Positions 6,800 to 15,924 of a stretch of DNA of 37,218 nucleotides are shown here, piece after piece. Location: assembly GCA_002725955.1 (NCBI GenBank), contig PBRN01000273.1, positions 1 to 37,218 of the forward strand. The letters run 5' to 3'. The notes beneath the pieces are model-generated. The model saw only the letters and a list, made by a program, of their open reading frames with translations. It was not told the origin of the DNA and did no database searches. A program made the translations under genes and the position numbers. Source of the stretch: Pseudobdellovibrionaceae bacterium. Lineage in GTDB: Bacteria; Bdellovibrionota_B; Oligoflexia; Oligoflexales; Oligoflexaceae. Numbering within the stretch: the first letter of the stretch is position 1; every line of letters starts with the position of its first letter.

Positions 6800-9052
6800 T
6801 TAAATCACTCCTGCTGCGATTAATTTTGCTCTAAGATCTTGCCCGACGGTGCAGCCCTGTTGGTAAAAAACAGGGGGTTCTCCTACCGGTGCTTTGACTT
6901 CATACCAACGACCTTTTTCGGAAGAGTCATAGAGTTGATTGGACCAAAGGTTTATCCAACGACCTGCGGGTAAGTAGACCTTTCTTCTTTCAATATTTTT
7001 TGCCACCACGGGCGCAACAATAAATTTATCTCCAAATAGAAATTGGATACGCCGATCTGGTAAATTGATAAATACTTTATCATCCGGAAAATGCATTGCA
7101 GGATGCCGGACCACAGGCCAACCTAAATTAGCTGCTTCTTCAAACAGTTTTTGCCGATATTCGCTCAAAGCCACATACACTTTGGAAAAACGATCAAATT
7201 GCGCATAAGTTTCTTCATCAGAGTAAAACTGGAAATTTTTCTCAGGCATATTTCCTTCATGCGTTCGGTAGACGGGGAAAAAGGCCGATGCTTCTGCCCA
7301 GCGCATAAATAAGTTTTTTTCTCGAGAAAGGCCAAGACCAGCTAATTTAAACGTACTGTAACCACCGATATCGCTATGATTTAAAGAATAACCTGAAAAT
7401 CCTCCACTTATCTGCCCCTTTAACGCACTAATAAAACCATCATAACGATCCCATGTGACCAGCTGATCTCCCAACCAAAACAAAGTAGTCAAGCCAGGGG
7501 ATTGAGTAAAACCGGATCGGCTAAAGAATAGCATTTCCTTTTCACCGCCAACCTCTTTTATAACCTCTCGATTGAGTCGCGCCCATTCTTCTGGATATTT
7601 ATTATGAAAGGTGGCAGGAGAACCTTTATGGAGTACGGCATCCATAGGCAGCGCTTCACCAAAATCGGCCATCCAACCACTTAGGCCTATGCCTACCATT
7701 TCTTCTTTAATAATTGTCTTAATCCACTCTCGGGTTTCAGGGTTAGTTATATCTAATAGGCCTGCCGCAAAATCGGTATTCACTATGGGATAGACTTGAT
7801 TATTTTTATCAACCACCAACAGACCTTTAGCTGCTGCTTCACTGTACATATTGCGCTGAAAACTCTGCTTGCCAGAACTTTTTACATCCACCAGGAAGGG
7901 GTTCACATAGCCTAAAACCCTAATATTTTCCCTAGCAAAATCTGATAGCATGGCTTCCCAGTCTGGATATCGTTTCCTGTCTAGCTCCCAATTCCACCAG
8001 AGCTGTGATCCAGTTGCAGTTTTTCTCTCTCCCTCCCAGTCTTGCAACCAAAAGGCAGAAACCGGTGTCTTTCTTTTCTGCAACTCTTTGTAAATTTTGC
8101 GGACAAAGCTGGTACCACCCTGCATGCCAACGATTGCCCCCTGGTGTACCCATGATGGTAGCGGTTCCATTCTGCCAGAATATTCTGTAAAGCTAGTCAC
8201 TAAGTCCAGAATACTATTACCATGCAGCAAGCGACCGGTTATCGCTACCTCGGGGCCAAAAACGGTAATAACGGTACGATTCGTTTGCAGGTCGAATGTA
8301 GAATATTCTTTATTTTCGAGAAACAGACTATGTAAGTCGCTAGAAATATAATGGGGTACAGGAGCGTAAGTAGAAAACTCATTACCTCCAGAGCCACGGG
8401 ATCCCCAATTCACAATGGTTGTGATCAAGGGACGCCCCCTACCAATGCCTCCCTCTTGGGTTAGAATAGGTATTTTACGCCCCTTGAGTTCCATATGACT
8501 AAACTGTTCCCCAAAGCCATAAAATTTTTCATTTGGATGAGAGGCAAGAAAGATCCTAGCATAGGTCACGTCTTTTCTACCGAACTGAAGCTTGAACTGC
8601 AGATGTCCTGCTTGCACTACTTTAAATGTGAGCTCATATTTAATTTTAGGTCGCTTTTTACTGCAATTAAAAAGCTCACCTTTGAGCTGTAACTTTTCTT
8701 CGACTTCAACTAAGTTAATCTCATCTAGAGACTGATTTTTACAAGTCCATCGAAATTTTTCCTTAATACTAAATGAACCACGCTTTTCGGTGTAATCAAC
8801 TTCCGCATGACCAGCTTCGACAAAGCTGCGGTTTGGAATCGAAGACCAAAGTTTCTTCTCAGAATCATTCTTATGATAAATTTGAAGAGCCTTGTCAGTA
8901 TTGCTCCAGACAAGGACAAAGTCATTAAGTAGCCAATTTGAAGAAGGCACCTTGCTTATTATGCTTCCCCCGAGAGCCTGGGTAGTCAATGTAAGAGCGA
9001 GGCAGAAGATCAAGTAAAATGTGGCTTTGAAGTCAACAAGATACCTTGACAT
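6800..9052 (-). CDS. Secreted glycoside hydrolase family 31 (YihQ-like clade alpha-glycosidase)
   Basis: Signal peptide: FYLIFCLALTLTTQALG. GH31 signatures are present: AFWLQDWEGE…LWWNWELD, the nucleophile motif SGWMADFGEALP and the acid/base region LNHSDIGGYS. Length is 750 aa. Confidence 0.85.
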   Translation of the reverse strand: MSRYLVDFKATFYLIFCLALTLTTQALGGSIISKVPSSNWLLNDFVLVWSNTDKALQIYHKNDSEKKLWSSIPNRSFVEAGHAEVDYTEKRGSFSIKEKFRWTCKNQSLDEINLVEVEEKLQLKGELFNCSKKRPKIKYELTFKVVQAGHLQFKLQFGRKDVTYARIFLASHPNEKFYGFGEQFSHMELKGRKIPILTQEGGIGRGRPLITTIVNWGSRGSGGNEFSTYAPVPHYISSDLHSLFLENKEYSTFDLQTNRTVITVFGPEVAITGRLLHGNSILDLVTSFTEYSGRMEPLPSWVHQGAIVGMQGGTSFVRKIYKELQKRKTPVSAFWLQDWEGERKTATGSQLWWNWELDRKRYPDWEAMLSDFARENIRVLGYVNPFLVDVKSSGKQSFQRNMYSEAAAKGLLVVDKNNQVYPIVNTDFAAGLLDITNPETREWIKTIIKEEMVGIGLSGWMADFGEALPMDAVLHKGSPATFHNKYPEEWARLNREVIKEVGGEKEMLFFSRSGFTQSPGLTTLFWLGDQLVTWDRYDGFISALKGQISGGFSGYSLNHSDIGGYSTFKLAGLGLSREKNLFMRWAEASAFFPVYRTHEGNMPEKNFQFYSDEETYAQFDRFSKVYVALSEYRQKLFEEAANLGWPVVRHPAMHFPDDKVFINLPDRRIQFLFGDKFIVAPVVAKNIERRKVYLPAGRWINLWSNQLYDSSEKGRWYEVKAPVGEPPVFYQQGCTVGQDLRAKLIAAGVI

Positions 9053-9850
9053 AAACGAGCCTCCATAAAAGCGAGATAGCCAAGTGGTACTATTCGTGGC
9101 ATTTATTGAAATATAAATAATTATAAATACTAACTTTTATTAGGATACCCGGTGAAGACCTTTGATTAAACTAGAAAAAAAATTCTTGTTAAGATTTGTT
9201 GTCGTGTCTCATTCAGAGAAAAGTTAATAAAACAGAGCTAAATTAGACCTAGTCTATATGTCTGTATTTACATACAATTAAAAACGTTTAACAGTAAACA
9301 CCACAAAAAAGCTTTTCTCACCGACCATCAATCATGCGTTTGATTATTCTCAGAAAAGACACTGAATAGACAGATGATATGCAATGCATATTTATCTATT
9401 CATCATGATTTATAAAAACGCATCATTCATAGAGTTCATTTAATAATCACATTTTATTTTACGATCGACAGACTCAACTAGGTGCCATCTAATTACGCAA
9501 ACACGACAAGACATACTATCTGCTTAGGAAGCAGATCTAAGTTCAGGTTGCCTAGAGTAGAGTTAGCAGGGTATCCAAGACCGAAAGTTTTACTGAGTCT
9601 TACGATTGAATGAGATTCCGCAAAGATCCAAGCTAAAAGATTCCTATCTTTGAGAAATTCACGTTCACTAAGATGTTCCTGGTTACCCAAAGATCAGAAG
9701 TGCACAAAACATCAAATTGATACCGCTAACGAACAAAATGACACCTTTTTAAGCAAAATAGCTCTTAATTCGATAATTTTATGCAATCCCGAAGGTGGCA
9801 TGAAAATCGCATAGCTTCTTCTTTAGAATGACAATTCTGCGGAGGAAACC

Positions 9851-10453
9851 ATGAAATTAGCCACCAAGAAAACGACATTGATCATGTTGAGCACCATTTT
9901 CCTTCCCGTTGCTGCTAATGGTCGTTACAGCGATATCAAAAAATTTAGTGTGCGAGGGAGTGGCTGCGGATTAGGCTCAGTTTCAGCAGAATTATCGAAT
10001 GACAATAAACTGCTTTCCATATTTTATAAAGACTTCAACACCAGTAGTGATGATCGCAACAATCGACGTTCCCGCAAACATTGCAAAGTAAACGTCTCGT
10101 TAAACGGACCATCAAATCATTACCTGAAAATTAAAGGTATTGAATTTGCTGGCTCTATTAACCTCCCCAAGGGAGCCAGTGCCTATGTTAGCAGTGAGTA
10201 TTTCTTAGATAGAAACAGAATTGGGAAAAAGTTCTTTAAGAAATGGGGGATTGCTGAAAGAAAAACTGACGATGACTTTGAGTTATTCTACCCTACTGAC
10301 GTAACCTCAAAATGTAGCGGGAACGCTACTATAACTGCCAACAATACCATCGGGGTTCTTGCGGGAGATAAAGATGATGGTTATATAGAAGTTAGCAACG
10401 TTTCTAACCGACCAGGATTAAACTTTATTTTCGAATGGAAGAAATGCAATTAA
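9851..10453 (+). CDS. Secreted protein, DUF4360-like
   Basis: GGAGGA Shine-Dalgarno and signal peptide MKLATKKTTLIMLSTIFLPVAANG. FSVRGSGCGLGSVSAELSNDNKLLSIFYKDF…RKHCKVNVSLNGPSNHYLKIKGIEFAGSINLPKGASAYVSSEYF follows the DUF4360 pattern as I remember it (GsGCp.gs..v..s.d…l.v.f..f … nC.l.l.l..P.G … G...L..g). Confidence 0.45.
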   Translation: MKLATKKTTLIMLSTIFLPVAANGRYSDIKKFSVRGSGCGLGSVSAELSNDNKLLSIFYKDFNTSSDDRNNRRSRKHCKVNVSLNGPSNHYLKIKGIEFAGSINLPKGASAYVSSEYFLDRNRIGKKFFKKWGIAERKTDDDFELFYPTDVTSKCSGNATITANNTIGVLAGDKDDGYIEVSNVSNRPGLNFIFEWKKCN

Positions 10454-10503
10454 CCAATTAAATATTTTGTCAGGATGACTCAGTTTACGAAGATTATAAC
10501 CCT

Positions 10504-11148
10504 TCATAAGAATTCAATGTCATCATCATCATCAGACTTTTCTTCACTTTTCTTTTCTAGCAGAGTTTTAAGTTGATCACTCTCCCATGGATCTACTTTG
10601 GCGAAGAATATGACGCCTCCTTCTTGGACATACATATTCCAAATGAAATCCCATTGGTGCTTATTTGCATCAAAGGCTTCTTCATATTCAGGTAACCCCA
10701 AGGTCATATTGATCCCAAATTTAACCATTTCAGCTTTTATACCACCCGCAATTCCATTGCAAAGTTCTCCCATAAAACCGATTGCTACATCCATATTGAC
10801 ATCGGAGAGATCCCGCCGAATACCTTCTGAAATGAGAAGCTTCATATTGTAGGGACTCCAGAAAACTCCAATTGTCACCACAAAACCCGAAGCGTTTACA
10901 GTTAACTGACTTACCAACTTTTCATTGGTAAGAGACTCTTCAACGCCTTCTTCGAGATCAGCCATCTCTGCTTGAAATTCATCATGGCTGCGGGAAGCCT
11001 GGAATATAGTTTTCATTGCACTACTTAAAATGATATCAATGACTTTACATTCCAGTTTAAAGAGTTGATCCATCTTATTCCTAACGTTTTTGTGGCAATC
11101 CACAAAAAGATTATCAAAGGTCTTAACTTTATCTAAAACCCACTTCAT
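10504..11148 (-). CDS. CheX-like (CheC/CheX superfamily) domain protein with poly-Asp C-terminal tail
   Basis: QLTVNASGFVVTIGVFW…MDVAIGFMGELCNGIAGGIKAEMVKFGINMTLGLPE matches the CheX core (…da.gElgNmiaG.a….G….l.lP), including the E-x-x-N pair (GELCN, encoded at 10756-10770). The C-terminus is …EKKSEEKSDDDDDIEFL. Confidence 0.55.
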   Translation of the reverse strand: MKWVLDKVKTFDNLFVDCHKNVRNKMDQLFKLECKVIDIILSSAMKTIFQASRSHDEFQAEMADLEEGVEESLTNEKLVSQLTVNASGFVVTIGVFWSPYNMKLLISEGIRRDLSDVNMDVAIGFMGELCNGIAGGIKAEMVKFGINMTLGLPEYEEAFDANKHQWDFIWNMYVQEGGVIFFAKVDPWESDQLKTLLEKKSEEKSDDDDDIEFL

Positions 11149-11557
11149 TAATCCTTTCGGCTTATTTGATTTATAAATTTAGCAATAAAAAAGGCCACTT
11201 GCTTGTGCTATAGTTAACTATGGCTATATTCTTCTTTATTAGTTCTTTAGGGGCAAAAGCAGAAGATTTTAACCCTTTAAATTAAATTACTTTCATGTCT
11301 ATTTTTTAACTATCAAAAACAAAAATTGAGAATACCATCAGGAAATAGTAAAAGCACAATAATAAAATAGCGCTGCCAAAATCCATTCGGATAGGTAAAT
11401 ATTCAGTAATTTGATGAATAAGATTAGAGGGATCACATTAAATTGCTGTGATTTTGTCTATTATAGGAACGGCAAGTGGCTACGACTACCTGCCCCAATG
11501 AGCTAAAAGAACTATATGAATCATACCCATCACCTTATCGTTTAGATTGGTTCTTTT

Positions 11558-12640
11558 TTAGGATGACCCAGTTTCATATTCAAGACCCATTTTCTTTAAC
11601 TCTTTTTTATAATCTAAACGGCCGAGACGCTGATAACAAACTACGTTAGCAACCGTGCGTCCTAAAGTTTTCGGAATATACTTTATCAGATCATCATGCT
11701 TATTTTTTGTAGTCTCACGTTTCATCAACAAGAAATCAATCAAAAATTCTTCCGATTCTTCGCAATATGCCGTTCCAGTTACTTTTTCTAGATCGGTCTC
11801 CAAATCACCGAATCGAATTTTTATTTCTGTAGCAGAACCCAAGTTTTTAAATTGAGCATATTTAGCTAAAGATCGGCCAAATTTGACAGCTCGATTGGGC
11901 CATTGAGTTTCAACCATCCGTTTAGATTTGCCATCTCGAGCTTTAATAATAAACTGAACGAAATCTGTGAGCTGCTGGACACCTTCAACTTGAAAAACTT
12001 GTTTTTTCTTATCTTGTTCCACTTCTTTTAACAAAAGACCGGAATCGAGAAAGGTTTGTCCCAACACCTTAACCCGACCTACATTCATTCCAAGAGTTTC
12101 TGCAATTAAATTATAGACTTTATCAACGAGCACAAACTCTTCATTATCTACCGTTACGGAACAAAATCTTGATAAACGATTTAATGCTGTACAAAAAAGC
12201 CTTCCATCATATACCGGAGTTAAAGCCTTCGACTTATATTCGTCCACGGTTATACACTGTTTCATATAATCATCTTCTATATCATGAAGCCTAATCGAAT
12301 ATTCTTTTAAAATAATTAAGAACCATTTCGGTAAATCGCCTATCGCTTGAAGAATCTTTTTATGGCTAATCACTTTGAAACGAACATCTGTTTTGGCTTC
12401 AGCACTAGCTGTTCTTGGTTGATCATTTAAACAAGTAAACAGTCCTATGAGTTCACCGTTTTTCATCTCTGCCAATGGAACCCTAGTATTCTCAAAAGTT
12501 CGATAAATTTCAACTTCACCTGCTTCTATAAGGTAAATATCACCACCTTTATCATTTTCTTGAAAGATGGTTGTTCCTGCTGTGAAAGTCAGTATATTCT
12601 TGTCATCCTTTGACATTTCTTTTTTTAATTCTTCTGACAT
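11558..12640 (-). CDS. Cyclic-nucleotide-binding domain protein with uncharacterised C-terminal domain
   Basis: I prefer the ATG at 12640 (AGAGGA Shine-Dalgarno) over the GTG at 12676. The N-terminal part (FTAGTTIFQENDKGGDIYLIEAGEVEIY…MKNGELIGLFTCLNDQPRTASAEAKTDV) is a textbook cNMP-binding (Crp/PKA-type) beta-barrel with the PRTAS phosphate-binding cassette. The remaining ~230 aa show no HTH or other domain that I recognise. Confidence 0.75.
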   Translation of the reverse strand: MSEELKKEMSKDDKNILTFTAGTTIFQENDKGGDIYLIEAGEVEIYRTFENTRVPLAEMKNGELIGLFTCLNDQPRTASAEAKTDVRFKVISHKKILQAIGDLPKWFLIILKEYSIRLHDIEDDYMKQCITVDEYKSKALTPVYDGRLFCTALNRLSRFCSVTVDNEEFVLVDKVYNLIAETLGMNVGRVKVLGQTFLDSGLLLKEVEQDKKKQVFQVEGVQQLTDFVQFIIKARDGKSKRMVETQWPNRAVKFGRSLAKYAQFKNLGSATEIKIRFGDLETDLEKVTGTAYCEESEEFLIDFLLMKRETTKNKHDDLIKYIPKTLGRTVANVVCYQRLGRLDYKKELKKMGLEYETGSS

Positions 12641-12963
12641 CAATATCCTCTTTTTTCTAGTGCAGCCTAAAATCACGAAGTTTGATCAATAAAAATGACA
12701 ACTAAATATATTTACATCATATCTCAATTTAATAAAAAATTCTTGAACGTCTGCTATTTTTTTGCCACTGCAAAGTTAGCATCATGAGAGAAAGGTGTAA
12801 AAGAAATATAAACGCAGAAAAAAAACACAACCTATTGTATTAATATGGATATAATGTGTTCTGTTTGTCCAGGTACACTAACTTGTTGTGCTTTTACACA
12901 AGAAGACCGTCTTTGATTCAGTTATATTCAACCTTAACTGCAGATAGATTTGATTAGAATTTT

Positions 12964-14535
12964 TCACGAAGAGCAGCTATTCATGGCCACATTTTTTTCT
13001 AGAGCCCAATCTGGTGCCACACTCAGAAGATCTTCTTCATTATCCCAATCATCAAAAGGCCTTTGAATCATCTCATTCACTTTCATGAATAGAGTATGAT
13101 CTCCTTTTTCTGTTGATTCGATCACACGATGTAAAAGATGATTTCTCAGAATCACTCTTGGGTTTACCTGGCATAGCTTTGTGCCAATATCCTTCCTATT
13201 GTCGCCAATAGCATTAAGATACTTTTCGTACCAAAGTCTCCATTTGGCGATGATATCCTGTTGTTCAGTATCAACAAAAATCTTTATAAAAAATTCAGGA
13301 TCTTCATCCCTAAGGGACCTACCGAGAGACCTAAATCTTTCGTTCAAATCTAGCGTATGACCCTGCATCAATTCGTACCATTCATTCAATAAATTCTGCT
13401 CTACTTCTTCAATCTTAGTGAAACCAAACTTCCGTTTCATTATTTCTTGCCAACTATGCAGAAAGTGTTCTTGATAATGAGCCAGGACGGATTCAGCAGC
13501 AGGTTGGGGTATCAGTACGCTTAGAGACTCTGCTAATCTTTGGAGATTCCAGGCTCCCACAGCATATTGTCTACCGAAACAATATCTTTTTCCTGGTAAA
13601 TCACTTGTGTTGGGAGTATATTCAGGGTCAAATTTATCCATGAAACCATAAGGTCCATAATCAATTGTAAGACCGAGAATCGACATATTATCAGTATTCA
13701 TAACTCCATGAACAAAACCAACAGACTGCCAAAGAGCAATCATTTCTGCCGTTCTTTCCACAACCCGTGCGAACATTCTTACATATCTATTAGCACCGTC
13801 TTTAATATCGTCGGTATTTTGCATTAATTGCGGAAAATGCCTTTCAATAGTAACGTTAGCTAGCTGCTGAAGAAACGGGTATTCTTTGCGATGAGAAGGT
13901 AAATCGAAACTACCAAACCGGATAAAGCTTGGAGCTACACGACTTACGATAGCGCTTGGTTCCATCGCACCAAAGCCATTATAAAATTTGTCACGGTACA
14001 CCGACTCTCCTGTCAGAGCGATACTCATAGCGCGTGTTGTTGGAATTTCTAAGAAAAACATGGCTTCCGATGCCAAATATTCTCTGATCGAAGATCGCAG
14101 GACAGCTGCTCCATCACCCATACGTGAGTAGGGAGTTAACCCCGCACCTTTAAGCTGAATCTCCATAGACAGGCCATCGGCACAGGTTAAAACGCCTAGA
14201 TTTATAGCCCTACCATCACCTAACTGTCCGGCCCAATGGCCGAACTGATAGCCTCCGTAGCATTGCGCATATGCTTTTGCATGCGCAGATTGCCTTTGTC
14301 CAGAAAGGAGCTTGAGATTGCTTTCGTCTTCAATATTAATATGCCCTAACCCTAATGTCTCCATAAGCTGCTTAGAGTAACAAAGAAATTTAGCATCTGG
14401 AAAACTACAATTTGGTTCCACAAGAGAGCCAAAACACCCAAAAGTCTGCCGCGGAGTGTTTTCCGCACTCTCATCCATTGGTAATTTACGTCCAAAAAAT
14501 TCATTTAAGCGGTTCTCAAGTAGATGTTCTGACAC
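12964..14535 (-). CDS. selO: Protein adenylyltransferase SelO (YdiU family pseudokinase-fold AMPylase)
   Basis: Hallmark block AYAQCYGGYQFGHWAGQLGDGRAINLG, then GAGLTPYSRMGDGAAVLRSSIREYLASEAM, HGVMNTDNMSILGLTIDYGP and PRVILRNHL. The C-terminus (…MNSCSS) carries the conserved near-terminal Cys. Confidence 0.9.
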   Translation of the reverse strand: MSEHLLENRLNEFFGRKLPMDESAENTPRQTFGCFGSLVEPNCSFPDAKFLCYSKQLMETLGLGHINIEDESNLKLLSGQRQSAHAKAYAQCYGGYQFGHWAGQLGDGRAINLGVLTCADGLSMEIQLKGAGLTPYSRMGDGAAVLRSSIREYLASEAMFFLEIPTTRAMSIALTGESVYRDKFYNGFGAMEPSAIVSRVAPSFIRFGSFDLPSHRKEYPFLQQLANVTIERHFPQLMQNTDDIKDGANRYVRMFARVVERTAEMIALWQSVGFVHGVMNTDNMSILGLTIDYGPYGFMDKFDPEYTPNTSDLPGKRYCFGRQYAVGAWNLQRLAESLSVLIPQPAAESVLAHYQEHFLHSWQEIMKRKFGFTKIEEVEQNLLNEWYELMQGHTLDLNERFRSLGRSLRDEDPEFFIKIFVDTEQQDIIAKWRLWYEKYLNAIGDNRKDIGTKLCQVNPRVILRNHLLHRVIESTEKGDHTLFMKVNEMIQRPFDDWDNEEDLLSVAPDWALEKNVAMNSCSS

Positions 14536-14722
14536 TGTCGGCTTTTCCTTATCTGTTTAATTTATTTGCCTTCAACATATTCAGTGGTTTGAAGGTTGAA
14601 GCGTTTGAAATCACTAAAGATTGAAAAACATTTCGCTCATTATATATAGGAGTTTGAGAGCCAGCTCAATAGTTGACAGCCAAATTGAAGTGACCTTAGT
14701 GGCAATTTTTGACGGGGAATGA

Positions 14723-14935
14723 TTATCGTTTCTTTCGGAACTTGTTCCTGCGATTCTGAGAGGGGTTTGGTTGAGGGAGCACTTTATCCTGCCTCAATTG
14801 ACAGGGAGTCGATGTCATTTCAAATACTTTCTCATCGGGGGGGCCAGCAGTCATGAAACCATACGCCTTACAACCATGAGGGGTATTGGCCTGCCACGTT
14901 ACATAGTAAAATCGACATTGCACGCATCGTCCCAT
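14723..14935 (-). CDS. Small 4-Cys protein (CxxC…C…C) with basic tail, uncharacterised
   Basis: I prefer the ATG at 14935 (AAGGA upstream) over the TTG at 14956. The 70-aa product is MGRCVQCRFYYVTWQANTPHGCKAYGFMTAGPPDEKVFEMTSTPCQL…NRRNKFRKKR. It resembles a conserved small protein family I have seen in other bacteria, but I cannot name it reliably. Confidence 0.5.
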   Translation of the reverse strand: MGRCVQCRFYYVTWQANTPHGCKAYGFMTAGPPDEKVFEMTSTPCQLRQDKVLPQPNPSQNRRNKFRKKR

Positions 14936-15251
14936 GAGCCATGCATCCTTCGGCAATTTCCAGATTAATGCCTCTATCTTATCTCATACGCACCAAATTA
15001 AAATCAGCAGAAAATACCTAGATGGCATGCCCACCAAGGTTAGCGTATCAATTTCAGAACCATAGCTATCCATATGGCACTTGGCCTTTCGGAGGGGTGG
15101 AAGGTAAGTGTGCAAAGTAATCAAATATGGCGTTGCTACTACTTATAAAATTGATTAAACCAAGGCAGACAATATGGCCTTGAATCAGCACATTGATTGT
15201 AAGTTCAATCGATAATTCTGATGGAAAAAGGCCCAGAATGAGGGTGTCTAA

Positions 15252-15827
15252 ATGACCGATGAAAAGACTCAGATGACTGAACGTCGGCAGTCTTTGCTCA
15301 CAACGATGCAGCTAAAGTATGATGCAGGTATCACCTGCACCAATTGCAGTGGTTTATGCTGTTCTTTTGTGGCGAACTCGATGCAAATTACCCCTTTAGA
15401 GGCAAAGGAGCTCTGGACTTTTCTAAAGCAACAAAAACGATGGAATAAACACCTCAAAGATACATTGCAACAGACGATTAACGATTATGGACTCGATAAA
15501 CCGATGCCTGGTAATGGCAAAAGAGTGTTTAGCCGTCGTACATATACATGCCCCTTTTATCAGGAAGGCCCCTTGGGCTGCAGTATTAGCCCTAAGGCCA
15601 AACCCTATGGTTGCTTAGCTTTTAATCCTAACCGCAAAGGGGCTTCCGAGGGTAAGGGGTGCGCCTCGGATCAAATTACATTGCGTGACAGAGAAGAGAA
15701 ATTTAAAGAAAAAGAACAGAGACTCAATCAAAAATTAAAAAGTGATCTAGGTCTATTTTGGGACAAGACTAATATTCCAGAGGCCCTTCTGGAATTAGGC
15801 TCAAAATTAGAAACAGATACAAAATAA
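15252..15827 (+). CDS. YkgJ-family (UPF0153) zinc/iron-chelating cysteine-cluster protein
   Basis: CTNCSGLCCS (the CxxCxxxCC signature), followed by YTCPFYQEGPLGCSISPKAKPYGCLAFNP. Confidence 0.7.
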   Translation: MTDEKTQMTERRQSLLTTMQLKYDAGITCTNCSGLCCSFVANSMQITPLEAKELWTFLKQQKRWNKHLKDTLQQTINDYGLDKPMPGNGKRVFSRRTYTCPFYQEGPLGCSISPKAKPYGCLAFNPNRKGASEGKGCASDQITLRDREEKFKEKEQRLNQKLKSDLGLFWDKTNIPEALLELGSKLETDTK

Positions 15828-15924
15828 AAAATTCCTATGATCATTTTTGGTAGGAAGCTAATGCCAATCCGATTACATTCTATTCCTCATCAGATTAGAA
15901 AAATTGATGCTTATAAAATATGAT

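Noticed and set aside
7611-8925. Multiple short ORFs on both strands inside the GH31 gene (7611-7793, 7932-8153, 8005-8190, 8097-8351, 8495-8692, 8725-8925).
   Set aside because: All are nested in or antisense to a 750-codon ORF with unmistakable GH31 motifs. None shows a Shine-Dalgarno or a recognisable motif.
6800-9052. Calling the GH31 enzyme a sulfoquinovosidase (YihQ).
   Set aside because: It has YihQ-clade motifs (LQDW, GWMADFGE). However, in my by-eye alignment the sulfonate-binding Arg of the R-x-x-W motif preceding NW reads Q-L-W-W. That argues against sulfoquinovose specificity. No sulfoglycolysis genes are nearby. This rests on my memory of the YihQ motif and needs a real alignment.
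9493-9690. 65-aa minus-strand ORF in the long intergenic region.
   Set aside because: It has a non-ATG start, no Shine-Dalgarno and an odd composition, and I recognise no motif. It is treated as non-coding.
11194-11480. 9-nt inverted repeat GCCACTTGC (11194-11202) / GCAAGTGGC (11472-11480) spanning the intergenic region upstream of the CheX-like gene.
   Set aside because: The arms are ~270 nt apart and only 9 nt long. Pairs of this kind are expected by chance in 37 kb. No transposase or target-site duplication is present.
12845-12916. 23-codon plus-strand ORF MDIMCSVCPGTLTCCAFTQEDRL (Cys-rich, RiPP-like appearance).
   Set aside because: It has no Shine-Dalgarno. It lies in the promoter region between two minus-strand genes, and there is no modifying enzyme on that strand. 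It is most likely fortuitous.
15075-15090. TGGCAC hexamer suggesting a sigma-54 promoter upstream of the YkgJ-type gene.
   Set aside because: The -12 element is missing. At the required spacing the sequence reads CTTT rather than TTGC.
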